A stretch of 64,000 nucleotides of DNA from Candidatus Babeliales bacterium (GTDB taxonomy: Bacteria; Babelota; Babeliae; Babelales; JANWKD01). Shown one piece after another: positions 10,831-20,161 of this stretch; the stretch's first letter is position 1; the number at the start of each line of letters is the position of its first letter. The notes under the pieces are model-generated. The model saw only the letters and a list, made by a program, of their open reading frames with translations, searched no databases and was not told the DNA's origin. The stretch is taken from assembly GCA_963701665.1 (NCBI GenBank), contig OY969622.1:128001-192000 (forward strand), read 5' to 3'. The position numbers and the translations under genes are program-made.

Positions 10831-11532
10831 CTATGCAAACCAGCTTTTAAAGGTACTTTTTAACTCTTCAAGACCCCGCATAATCTTTTTCTGAAGGGCC
10901 GATTCTTCAGGGTTCTCTTGCTGCAACCTTTTGGCTGAATCCTCGAGCTCATTAATAAGCGCTTTTGTTTTGGTAATCATCATATCAGTTACCATGTGCT
11001 TATCTGACATTTGACCTTTGTATTCAGAGATAGCCTCTTGGCGCGAGCGCGCGTTTTCAATGACCATGCTTTTGACCGCTAAAAACGATAACTCTTTTTG
11101 AATTGGGCCGGCTTCATTAATCTCATCACATTGCAAACGCTTAATACGATCAATGATATAACTATTTTTTGTTCTGCGTGAATCATTTGAAATTACTTCA
11201 ATTTCAAGATAGTCCCTATTATTAAATTTCAGAACCTCGGGCGAGGCCAAGCGGATTTCATGAATTTCGCGCAAATCAAGCTTAGTGGTATTTATATCGG
11301 GATTCACATCAGGAGTTTTTGGTATTTGATACACGGGAATATCAGTATAGCGCCCTCCGATAGTAACATTTTCAACGGAATACTGCTGATCTGAAGTATC
11401 AATCAAAGTCCCTGAGACATTTATGGCAGGTTTTTCGCAGGTTGACGTGGAAGAATTCTGCCCGCCAAAATGGGCAAAGAAAAGCAGTGCACTACAACAA
11501 AAAAAAATTTTCTTCAAAAGGTAATGCTTCAT
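10831..11532 (-). CDS. Hypothetical exported protein
   Basis: 233-aa ORF, hydrophobic N-terminus, AGGAG RBS. Confidence 0.65.
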   Translation of the reverse strand: MKHYLLKKIFFCCSALLFFAHFGGQNSSTSTCEKPAINVSGTLIDTSDQQYSVENVTIGGRYTDIPVYQIPKTPDVNPDINTTKLDLREIHEIRLASPEVLKFNNRDYLEIEVISNDSRRTKNSYIIDRIKRLQCDEINEAGPIQKELSFLAVKSMVIENARSRQEAISEYKGQMSDKHMVTDMMITKTKALINELEDSAKRLQQENPEESALQKKIMRGLEELKSTFKSWFA

Positions 11533-11704
11533 AAAAACTCCTTTTTTATCGATAATAGATAGGTATTGCGTTTGTATAGATTTACTACAACAGCTCTTTC
11601 AAGCGCAAGTAGTTATCTGTTTTTTGCAAAACCCTTGAGTTGAATTCCGAAGAAAATTTATTATCAATAATGCAACTCGATGAAACCTACAATAAAAACA
11701 AGAA

Positions 11705-11801
11705 TGTCATCCCGAGGCATTAGCCGTGGGGATCCAAACAATTAATTCCTTAAAGGAACTAATTTTATAATTGGATTGCCACGCATTCGCTCGCAATGAC
11801 A
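11705..11801. repeat. Inverted REP-like doublet (type B + type A) with central AT-rich palindrome
   Basis: TGTCATCCCGAGG...GGGATCCA, AATTCCTTAAAGGAA, TGGATTGCCACGC...GCTCGCAATGACA. Confidence 0.85.
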
Positions 11802-11884
11802 ATTTTGTTTTCAATACGCATTATCTGTGGCATAGTAACATCAAACTTGCGTTAAATATGGTATAAGAAAAGAGGATTTCTGGC

Positions 11885-12577
11885 ATGAATGAAATATATT
11901 TACAATCACACCGCACCATAAGCTCGATGCTCTATAAAGTTTTTGGCTGGATGATGGTCGCCCTTGTGCTCAGCGCAGGGACAGCATATTATGTGGCAAC
12001 AAACCCTGTTATTATTGAAACGCTGTATAAAAATTCTTTTCTTTTATTTTTCATTTTCTTACTACAGTTACTGCTTGTTGTTGTATTATCTGCATTCATT
12101 ATGAAAATTAACTTTCTTACGGCATTAGTATGCTTTATAAGTTACGCCTTGCTCACTGGCCTAACCTTATCATCTATTTTTCTTGTCTATACACAGCAAT
12201 CAATATTTATAACTTTTATAGTCGCGGCAGGTATGTTCGGCTGCATGGCGATCTTCGGGTATTTTACCAAAGCCGATCTAAGCAGTATGGGTTCCATAGC
12301 CTTCATGGGATTAATAGGACTCATTATAGGCTTTTTGATTAACTTATTTTTAAAAAGTGGAACGTTTGATTATATTCTGTCTCTTATTGGCATCGCAATA
12401 TTTACGGTACTTACTGCCTATGATATGCAAAAGATTAAAAATATGGCGGCAACTATGTCATCGCAAGGCGATATTGGCAACAAAATTAGCTTAACGTGTG
12501 CGCTCGCTCTTTACCTTGATTTTATTAACCTTTTCTTGATGCTGTTGCGCATTTTTGGCAGACGAAACAACGATTGA
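11885..12577 (+). CDS. Bax inhibitor-1/YccA family membrane protein
   Basis: About 7 TM segments, AYDMQKIK, ALALYLDFINLFL. Confidence 0.92.
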   Translation: MNEIYLQSHRTISSMLYKVFGWMMVALVLSAGTAYYVATNPVIIETLYKNSFLLFFIFLLQLLLVVVLSAFIMKINFLTALVCFISYALLTGLTLSSIFLVYTQQSIFITFIVAAGMFGCMAIFGYFTKADLSSMGSIAFMGLIGLIIGFLINLFLKSGTFDYILSLIGIAIFTVLTAYDMQKIKNMAATMSSQGDIGNKISLTCALALYLDFINLFLMLLRIFGRRNND

Positions 12578-13273
12578 AGATCGTAGCTCTTTAATTTCTT
12601 TTTCAGTTAGAAATCGCCAGCGGCCAACGGGCAAACCTCTTTTTGATAAGCTTCCGTATACAATGCGATCGAGTTTGATCACATTATACCCCATATGCTC
12701 AAATATTCTTCGTATGATACGGTTTTTGCCACTGTGAAGGATAATGTTCACACGCGTTCGTGATTGATTAAGTACGCGCACGCCATCAACCTTAATAAAA
12801 CCATCTTTGAGCATAAAACCTTGGATAAGCGCTCGTTCATGGTCACGCGCTAAAGGCTTATCGAGGGTGACACAATATACTTTATTCACCCCATAACGAG
12901 GGTGTGATATATGTTGTGTGAGCGCACCATCATTGGTAAGAAGTAAGAGGCCAGTACTATCGCGGTCTAAACGCCCGACAGGAAACACACGTTGGGTAAC
13001 CTTTTTATCTTCTACAAGATCCATTACCGTTTTTCTATCTTGTTCATCGCTCGTTGTGGTGACATACCCTTTAGGCTTATTCAAAAGGAGATAGACATGT
13101 TTTTGGAGCTCGATGACTTTGCGTTGTACGCGCACAACATCAGTATCCTTAACAACATGAGAAGGTTGCTTGATACAAGCATTATTAATGGAAACTTTGC
13201 CTTCTTGAATTAGTACTACTGCCATACGACGCGAACAAACGCCGGCATGTGCAAGATATTTGGTAAGATACAT
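12491..13273 (-). CDS. RsuA/RluB-family rRNA pseudouridine synthase
   Basis: S4 domain (GVCSRR), LNKPKG, VGRLDRDSTGLLLLTNDG. Confidence 0.92.
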   Translation of the reverse strand: MYLTKYLAHAGVCSRRMAVVLIQEGKVSINNACIKQPSHVVKDTDVVRVQRKVIELQKHVYLLLNKPKGYVTTTSDEQDRKTVMDLVEDKKVTQRVFPVGRLDRDSTGLLLLTNDGALTQHISHPRYGVNKVYCVTLDKPLARDHERALIQGFMLKDGFIKVDGVRVLNQSRTRVNIILHSGKNRIIRRIFEHMGYNVIKLDRIVYGSLSKRGLPVGRWRFLTEKEIKELRSSIVVSSAKNAQQHQEKVNKIKVKSERTR

Positions 13274-13331
13274 AGAAATCCCTAAAAATAAGTTAACTCA
13301 CTCCATTTCAAATAAACATAAGATCCAACAT

Positions 13332-13487
13332 CGTCATCCTGAGGAGCGCAGCGACGTGAGGATCCAGAATTTTATACATTCCTTTAAGGAATTTACTTTA
13401 TGATCTGGATTCTACTCCGCTAAAGCTTCGTAGAACATGTTGCCAACTCCTTCGAAGCTCGTAGAGCGAAGTAGGATCGCAATGACA
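13332..13487. repeat. REP-like doublet; right arm carries two nested hairpin inserts
   Basis: CGTCATCCTGAGG...GGATCCAG, ATTCCTTTAAGGAAT, CTGGATT[inserts]TCGCAATGACA. Confidence 0.85.
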
Positions 13488-13503
13488 GTCATTTTTACTC
13501 TGT

Positions 13504-14073
13504 TTACCCAGCAGGGATGAAAAAATTTTTACGATAATACGCTAATTCTTCAATGGATTCACGTATATCAGGTAAGGCACGGTGCGTATCCTGCTTTTTG
13601 AACTCAATACGAGGATCTTTTGGATACCATCGTAAAATAACTTCCTTTATAGAGCTTACATCAATTATCTTATAGTGTAAAAGAGCGTCTAGTTCAGGCA
13701 TATGTGCCCGGATAAAAGCCTTATCCTGCCACACTGAATTGCCACAGAGAACCCCCTGCCCTAGGGAAATATAAGGTTTCAAGAAATCGATCAAACGAGC
13801 TTGTGCCTGCTCGAGCGTTATTGTCGAATCTTTTACCGCTTGGGTAAGGCCGGAAAGCCCATGCTGCTTTTTGCACCAATCATTCATGTTGTCCAGGACC
13901 TCATCAGGGTAATGGATCACCAATAAAGGTCCTTCAGCAAGAACATCCAACTGATTATTAGTAATGATAACAGCAGCCTCTAAAATAACATCTTGAGGCA
14001 GTTCTAACCCGCTCATCTCAAGATCAATCCAAATAAGATAGTCTTTATGGCGTGTTATTTTTTCTGGTGTCAT
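13504..14073 (-). CDS. orn: Oligoribonuclease
   Basis: WIDLEMSGL, CGNSV, IDVSSIKE, HRALPDIRESIEEL. Confidence 0.95.
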   Translation of the reverse strand: MTPEKITRHKDYLIWIDLEMSGLELPQDVILEAAVIITNNQLDVLAEGPLLVIHYPDEVLDNMNDWCKKQHGLSGLTQAVKDSTITLEQAQARLIDFLKPYISLGQGVLCGNSVWQDKAFIRAHMPELDALLHYKIIDVSSIKEVILRWYPKDPRIEFKKQDTHRALPDIRESIEELAYYRKNFFIPAG

Positions 14074-14075
14074 GT

Positions 14076-14792
14076 TTAATTATCTTCCAATTGAATATTG
14101 GTATCACAACAAGCGTCGCTTAAATCATTAACTTCTAATTCTTGAATAAAAGGATTGATATTCTTTTTATTTTTTCGATTAATTCTAAAACGATTGCCAT
14201 GTGGCGACGCAGGAATTTGTATGCTTCCTATTACGTATTCGATTGGCTCTTCGGTTATCTCTTCTTCCTTTTTTTCACAGCTTTTACTATCAATAGTTGG
14301 TTTTTTAAAATCAAAATTATCTTGGCTTTCTATCAAAAGGGATAATGCGCTTTTACTTTTTAATTCTAAGGGTTTTGGCGCTTTCTCCGATTGCTTGACG
14401 CTTGCTTCGGGTTGTGGCGTATCATTTACAGAAAAAAGACATTTCTTACCCATGCTTTTTATCTTCGCTAATAAATCGTTTCGTGAAAGTGATGATTTTG
14501 ATTGCGACTTATCGAGCTTAAAATCTTTTGAACTTTTACCCATCTCTATACAAATATTGCCAATAATCTCATGTCTCTTATAAAAAGGATAGGGCTCTAT
14601 CTCTTTTTTCGCCAACAACTCATCAATAAAACTCAGTACATCTAATGCATCAGTCGAAACAATTTCACTATCATTGAGAGGCAAATCCCATTCTGATAAA
14701 CATCTACGTGCTGATTGTTCTTGCTCCATTGCATATGATGAGATAGCCATTAAAAGAAACACAAAAAAAACTGAAGTTCGTATCTTAATCAT
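14076..14792 (-). CDS. Exported hypothetical protein
   Basis: Signal peptide ending SYA then MEQ; low-complexity K/S/E-rich. Confidence 0.65.
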   Translation of the reverse strand: MIKIRTSVFFVFLLMAISSYAMEQEQSARRCLSEWDLPLNDSEIVSTDALDVLSFIDELLAKKEIEPYPFYKRHEIIGNICIEMGKSSKDFKLDKSQSKSSLSRNDLLAKIKSMGKKCLFSVNDTPQPEASVKQSEKAPKPLELKSKSALSLLIESQDNFDFKKPTIDSKSCEKKEEEITEEPIEYVIGSIQIPASPHGNRFRINRKNKKNINPFIQELEVNDLSDACCDTNIQLEDN

Positions 14793-14896
14793 CCTAAACC
14801 TTGATATAAGAATGTCTTACAAGCTGATTATTCACTTGCTAAGATACTAAAATTTTTTTGTTGCTTCGAGTTTTTTTTAATCTAATTAAATTTTGA

Positions 14897-15187
14897 TTAT
14901 TCTTCTGATTGCTTGACGGGAATTATTTTAATATTTTCGTTAGAACAAACTTTGACGCGGATTCTCTTTTTCTCTTTTCTTTTTTTTTGGACTTCTCTAA
15001 AAACTTTCAAGCTAAAAAAAAAATTTTCGACATCTGCATCCTCTTTAGCTTGAGAAATAGGAGAAAAATCAAAAATGCTGGTTTTGTTATCAAAGCCCAT
15101 AACGGATGGAAATTCATCCATTGCTTCACTATTAAGAATGCATAACACAATGAGAAGAGAACTTGAAATGCTACTATATATTTTCAT
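14897..15187 (-). CDS. Small exported hypothetical protein with basic cluster
   Basis: Signal peptide SEA then MDE; KKRKEKKR. Confidence 0.55.
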   Translation of the reverse strand: MKIYSSISSSLLIVLCILNSEAMDEFPSVMGFDNKTSIFDFSPISQAKEDADVENFFFSLKVFREVQKKRKEKKRIRVKVCSNENIKIIPVKQSEE

Positions 15188-15331
15188 GAAAACTCTCCAT
15201 TAATTTTCATAGTAGTATAGACTAAGCATACATATATGCGCTGGCGTAAAGCCATAATTTATTCATAACATTAATTTTTTGCGCAACATATGCATAAAAA
15301 AATTATTTTGAAAACCAAGGAACCGTGCAGT

Positions 15332-16450
15332 ATGCAACAAATAAGAGTAGGCGTTTTGATGGGAGGTAAATCTATTGAACGAGAAGTCTCGTTTAACTCA
15401 GGACGCACGGTATGCGATCATCTTGATGCACATCGCTATGATATAGTTCCTCTGTTTCAAGATAGCCATGGAAAGCTTTTTATTTTACCATGGCGTTTTT
15501 TGCACCGCGGCAAAATTAGTGATTTTGAACATCGCCTCAATACAGAAGCAGAGCAGATCACGTGGGATTCTTTAAAAGAAAGAGTTGATTTTATCTATAA
15601 TGCTATGAACGGTCGTTATGGCGAAGATGGATCCTTACAAGGACTTCTTGAAATTTTGGGAATTCCCTATCTTGGTTCGAAGGTGTACGCGAGTGCACTC
15701 GGTATGGATAAATTTTTGCAAAAAGATTTTTTGCGCATGCATAACATTACTGTTCCGCGCGACGTTCGCATTAAACAGAGTGACATTGCTTTATCGCATG
15801 ATCTTACTCAGCATTGTGTTGAGCTTTTAGGCAATGCAGATATTTCCTTTCCTTGCATCATTAAACCGCGTCATGAAGGATCGAGCCTTGGCGTTACGGT
15901 GGTAAAAAGGAAAGAAGAATTAGCTGAAGCAATAAAGAAAGCAGCGCACATTGATCCCCATAAAACACAAGATGTTTTGATCGAAGAACTCATTGAAGGT
16001 ATGGAATTTACCTGCATTCTTTACACCGATCAAAATGGGCAAGCAGTTGCGATGCCACCAACAGAAATTATAAAAGATCAGGGCGCTGATGTATTTGATT
16101 ATACTCAGAAATATATGCCCGGACGCGCGACAAAATTTACACCCGCGCGTTGTGATGCGCACGCGACTAATCTTATTCAACAAACGTGCGTTCAAGTTAT
16201 GCATGCACTCGACATGCAAACACTCGTTCGCATCGACGGGTTTCTCACGCGCAATGCTAACGTTGTTATTATTGATCCTAATTCACTCTGCGGTATGGCA
16301 CCTTCCTCCTTCGTTTTTTGCCAAGCTGCACAAATCGGCATGAATCATGCCAATTTAATCAATCATGTTATTGAATCAGAATTAAGGCAGTATAAAACAT
16401 GTACCGTTTTTTCATCGTTACAACAGAAAGAATACACATGGACTCATTAA
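15332..16450 (+). CDS. ddl: D-alanine--D-alanine ligase-like ATP-grasp protein (first copy/domain)
   Basis: GGKSIEREVS, GEDGSLQG, MDK, KPRHEGSSLG, RIDGF; atypical DPNSLCG. Confidence 0.8.
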   Translation: MQQIRVGVLMGGKSIEREVSFNSGRTVCDHLDAHRYDIVPLFQDSHGKLFILPWRFLHRGKISDFEHRLNTEAEQITWDSLKERVDFIYNAMNGRYGEDGSLQGLLEILGIPYLGSKVYASALGMDKFLQKDFLRMHNITVPRDVRIKQSDIALSHDLTQHCVELLGNADISFPCIIKPRHEGSSLGVTVVKRKEELAEAIKKAAHIDPHKTQDVLIEELIEGMEFTCILYTDQNGQAVAMPPTEIIKDQGADVFDYTQKYMPGRATKFTPARCDAHATNLIQQTCVQVMHALDMQTLVRIDGFLTRNANVVIIDPNSLCGMAPSSFVFCQAAQIGMNHANLINHVIESELRQYKTCTVFSSLQQKEYTWTH

Positions 16451-17562
16451 AAAAAATTCGCGTCGCCGTTCTTCTTGGCGGTAGATCAAATGAAAAAGAA
16501 ATTTCTCTTGAATCTGGCAGAAATGTTGTTTACAAATTATCGCCGCAAAAATATACCGCGTTGCCTCTGTTTGTGAACACTGCTATGCATCTTTATCATA
16601 TTACCAATCAACAACTTGTTTTAAATTCCACAAAAGAAATAGAAAAATCATTGGTTCCAGAACAAAAAATCCTATGGCACACGCTTTCGGAAATTGCGGA
16701 TTTTGTTTTCATTGCCTTACATGGCGGCGAGGGCGAAAATGGCTGCGTGCAAGGTGCATTACAAATGCTTGATATGCCGTATAATGGAGCAGGCGTATTC
16801 ACCAGTGCTCTGTGCATGGATAAATACCGCACGAATGCATTATTAGCTGCTAAAGGATTTCACGTACCGCGTTCGTTATTTATTGCCAAAGAAACATGGC
16901 ATGAACGCAGAGAAGAAACGCTAGCAAACATTCAAAAAACATTTACATTACCCTGCATAATCAAACCACATGATGATGGCTGCAGTGTTTTTGTTTCAAA
17001 AATTACAAATTATAATGATCTTTCAGAATCTATTGATGCCTTTTTTACAACAGGAAAAACGCACGCATTGGTTGAAGAATTTATTCAAGGAATGGAGTTG
17101 ACCGTGGGCGTCGTTGGCAATGAAATGCCGCACGCGCTTACACCGAGCCAAGCAATAGCTGCGCACGGAATTTTATCGATCGAAGAAAAATTTTTGCCGG
17201 GAGCTGGAGAAAATCAAACACCCGCACCGTTGCCATCTGCAACGCTCGAGTTTGTAAAAAAAACAATGGAAAACGTTTATGCAGCAATCGATTGCAAGGG
17301 ATACGCGCGCATTGATTGTTTTTATCAAACTGCAGAACAAAGTACAGCGCAAAAAGAACGTGTCGTAATTTTGGAAATCAATACACTTCCAGGGTTAACG
17401 CCGGCCACCTGCATTTTTCATCAAGCAGCTGAAGAAGACATTAGGCCCATGGATTTTATTGATATGATTGTAACCCTTGGTTTTGAGTATCACCAAAAGC
17501 AGATGGGCACCATTTTCCCACAAGAAAAAACTGCTGCGCGAGAGAAACACAAACATTTATAA
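16438..17562 (+). CDS. ddl: D-alanine--D-alanine ligase-like ATP-grasp protein (second copy/domain)
   Basis: GGRSNEKEIS, LHGGEGENG, MDK, RIDCF, EINTLPG. Confidence 0.82.
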   Translation: MDSLKKIRVAVLLGGRSNEKEISLESGRNVVYKLSPQKYTALPLFVNTAMHLYHITNQQLVLNSTKEIEKSLVPEQKILWHTLSEIADFVFIALHGGEGENGCVQGALQMLDMPYNGAGVFTSALCMDKYRTNALLAAKGFHVPRSLFIAKETWHERREETLANIQKTFTLPCIIKPHDDGCSVFVSKITNYNDLSESIDAFFTTGKTHALVEEFIQGMELTVGVVGNEMPHALTPSQAIAAHGILSIEEKFLPGAGENQTPAPLPSATLEFVKKTMENVYAAIDCKGYARIDCFYQTAEQSTAQKERVVILEINTLPGLTPATCIFHQAAEEDIRPMDFIDMIVTLGFEYHQKQMGTIFPQEKTAAREKHKHL

Positions 17563-17613
17563 ACTTCCATTTACAGTGGTTGATGATTGAGAAAAGAGTA
17601 TTGCATGTATAGA

Positions 17614-17805
17614 CGTCATTGCGAGCGTATGCGTGGCAACCCAGCTTATAAAATTAATTCATTAAAGGAATTTATTAAAGTTCTGGATCTCCACGTTCCG
17701 TCTTCGCTTATCCATGTCTTCCGACTTGGCAAGCTACGTCGGACAGGCGCTTCATCGCGGATCCTGCGAAGCCTTGGCGAAGTAGGACGGCTCCTCGGGA
17801 AGACA
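17614..17805. repeat. REP-like doublet (type A + type B) with ~100-nt nested hairpin insert
   Basis: CGTCATTGCGAGCGTATGCGTGGCAACCCAGCTTATAAAATT, near-identical to the GIY-YIG terminal repeat; right arm CTGGATCTCCACG[insert]CTCCTCGGGAAGACA. Confidence 0.85.
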
Positions 17806-17812
17806 TCCGCGA

Positions 17813-18607
17813 TTAATTTAGCTTAATTCCTGCGTCAGTAAGAATTTTTTCAACGTTCACAACATCATTGGTACTCATGTCTTTGATATATGATATATTG
17901 TTATTAAATAAGACATTCGCATCCCATTTCTTCGGATCCATTTTGTCCGTATTACCAATACGAGCAACTAACCATTGAGTTGGTGCAGCAGTCCCATTTT
18001 TAAAATATATTTGTATATCTAGCGCTCTTATACCCTGTGACATTAAAAAATTTTGTGCATTTGGTGGACCATCAAAGTTTGTCTCTTCTGTATAAAATTC
18101 AAATCCAATTTCCCATAAATCAGATGAATTTTTTGTCGCATTCTTATACCAGTCAGTTTTTTGCATAAAATTTTCAAATGCAAGAATGTCAAAGGTAAGT
18201 TTGGTGCCGTAACGATTCGTATTATAAATATAAATAGTTATAAAATCATTTTCTCGATCAATAACAACATAGGGCACCGTACTTAATAGCAATTTTGCTT
18301 CATCAGCCGTCCAATTATTCGTACTTGCCGCTAATTGTGGTATTAAAATAAGCTTAGTTCCATTTCCAAGAGCGACATTAGGCCATCGATCGCCAATGAG
18401 CATCCCTAAATTTAAAAGTTGATTTGGCGGCAAATCAAGATTGGGAATAGTATTAATAGAATAATATAAATCATTATTAGTCGTGTGAAATGCAAATGGC
18501 CCCATTAACATATAGCTTTGAGAAACATAATCAGTGTTAAATCTACCTGCATATATACACTGCATAGCTAATATCATACAGAGAAGAAGTCCCATTCTCT
18601 TGAACAT
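17813..18607 (-). CDS. Exported hypothetical protein, paralog of 18869-19774
   Basis: Signal peptide; shared PYVVI, GTKLxFxILAFE, IGFEF, VEKxLTDAGI. Confidence 0.75.
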   Translation of the reverse strand: MFKRMGLLLCMILAMQCIYAGRFNTDYVSQSYMLMGPFAFHTTNNDLYYSINTIPNLDLPPNQLLNLGMLIGDRWPNVALGNGTKLILIPQLAASTNNWTADEAKLLLSTVPYVVIDRENDFITIYIYNTNRYGTKLTFDILAFENFMQKTDWYKNATKNSSDLWEIGFEFYTEETNFDGPPNAQNFLMSQGIRALDIQIYFKNGTAAPTQWLVARIGNTDKMDPKKWDANVLFNNNISYIKDMSTNDVVNVEKILTDAGIKLN

Positions 18608-18615
18608 AATCTCTC

Positions 18616-18852
18616 CTATTTTTTGCGCATCATAGCTTCATTTTTTTGCTTCAACTGCAGCGCTTTTGCATATTCTAATGTAAGTTTACGTTTTTCTAAG
18701 CTACCATTTTTTGTATTCAGTAATGCTTGACGTTTTTTCTCAGTATCCTCATGCAATTTTTTTTGTGCTGTGGTGAGATTTTTTTGCTCTGCATATAAAC
18801 TACCCAAGCTCATGAAGCACATAATCGCCACGAAACATACTTGACGGCCCAT
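18616..18852 (-). CDS. Small basic exported protein
   Basis: Signal peptide ending LYA; helical; AAGGAG RBS. Confidence 0.65.
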   Translation of the reverse strand: MGRQVCFVAIMCFMSLGSLYAEQKNLTTAQKKLHEDTEKKRQALLNTKNGSLEKRKLTLEYAKALQLKQKNEAMMRKK

Positions 18853-18868
18853 TACTACGCTCCTTTTT

Positions 18869-19774
18869 TTAACTTGCGCTCAACGTAATACCAGCGTCCG
18901 TCAATACTTTTTCTACATGGGTAACATCATCATCGCTTAAATCTCTTGTATACGTGATGTTATTTTGGGAAAAAACATCCGGATTCCATTTACTTTTATC
19001 AAAATCACTACCATTCAGAGCAATAAAATATTGCGCTGGTAAATAAGGCTCGAGTTCTTTAAATGGGCTTGGGACCCTGTCATACCACTGGAATGCGGAT
19101 TTGAAAAATCCTGATTTAGCCTTTTCATATTCATACTGATCAAAAACCAAATCTATAAAAAATGGATGTATACCTTGTTGGTTTGAAAAGAGTGTTGGTT
19201 GCTTTGGAAAGGGAAAGAGTGCTGGATTTATATTAAAATCCGCATTTGCCGTATTAAATTCAAAACCAATATGCCACCCAGTACTAGGCGCAGCTGTCTT
19301 TGCCAACTGGGTTTTCATCATAAAATCTTCAAACGCCAAAATATTAAAAATTAACTTTGTTCCGATTTTAGCACTATAAAGGTACACGTACACGGTAATA
19401 AAATCATCCGCACCTTCTATAACAACATAAGGCAGCGTATCATAAGTACTTTTTTTCTCTTCTTTTGTTTTACCAGCTGCAACTAAGTCAGGTTGCAAAA
19501 TTATTTTAGTTCCATTGCTAATCTTCATTTGATCAATATGACTTCCCAAAAGAGTTGCTAATCTCATGGGATTGTTTGCAGGTAAACTAAAATTAGAGAT
19601 TGAGCTTATCGTATAATTATATTGTGTATCATTTGATACAAAAGGCGCTTGAAAGCCAAACTCTCCTGCTAAATAATAATTTTGATAATTAGCGGCGGAA
19701 CCCGGAAACCTTTGGTATGCCATAACAGGTGTTATAATGAAGCTCAATACCACCAATAATTTTTTTATATTCAT
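18869..19774 (-). CDS. Exported hypothetical protein, paralog of 17813-18607
   Basis: Signal peptide ending VMA; same shared motifs. Confidence 0.75.
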   Translation of the reverse strand: MNIKKLLVVLSFIITPVMAYQRFPGSAANYQNYYLAGEFGFQAPFVSNDTQYNYTISSISNFSLPANNPMRLATLLGSHIDQMKISNGTKIILQPDLVAAGKTKEEKKSTYDTLPYVVIEGADDFITVYVYLYSAKIGTKLIFNILAFEDFMMKTQLAKTAAPSTGWHIGFEFNTANADFNINPALFPFPKQPTLFSNQQGIHPFFIDLVFDQYEYEKAKSGFFKSAFQWYDRVPSPFKELEPYLPAQYFIALNGSDFDKSKWNPDVFSQNNITYTRDLSDDDVTHVEKVLTDAGITLSAS

Positions 19775-19784
19775 AACTTTCCTC

Positions 19785-20039
19785 TTATAATCTTCCTTTT
19801 AATGTACCTATAATTTTGTTTCGTTCGTTATATTTCTTTGCTAAAGCATCGTTAGCTTCAAAAGTCTTGGTTTGTGCTGCTACCTTTGCTGCTGCAGGTA
19901 TTTCTTGCTTATTCAGAATATATAATCGTTTTTCGAAATCCGCTTTTTCCGTAGTAGTAAGGACCTTAGCATGAACATTCACATTAGCAAGCAATAAAAG
20001 GGCGGCTACACCGTATTTGAACATATTATTTTTTGTCAT
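19785..20039 (-). CDS. Small basic exported protein
   Basis: Signal peptide ending VHA; LTT start similar to the 18616 protein. Confidence 0.65.
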   Translation of the reverse strand: MTKNNMFKYGVAALLLLANVNVHAKVLTTTEKADFEKRLYILNKQEIPAAAKVAAQTKTFEANDALAKKYNERNKIIGTLKGRL

Positions 20040-20161
20040 AATTCCACCTTTTTTACAGAATTATATAAAATAGTTTAATTTTCTATTATTAATTTTAACC
20101 TATACAAGATATAGATTTCAATAATTAAGTAATTTAAACTGTTTTATAGGGAAAAAAGGCT

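Noticed and set aside
12491..12577. 87-bp convergent overlap of the yccA-like and pseudouridine synthase genes
   Set aside because: Most simply a non-conserved C-terminal run-on; no sign of function
17587..17826. 79-aa ORF on + strand
   Set aside because: Translation of the REP doublet with nested inserts; no coding evidence
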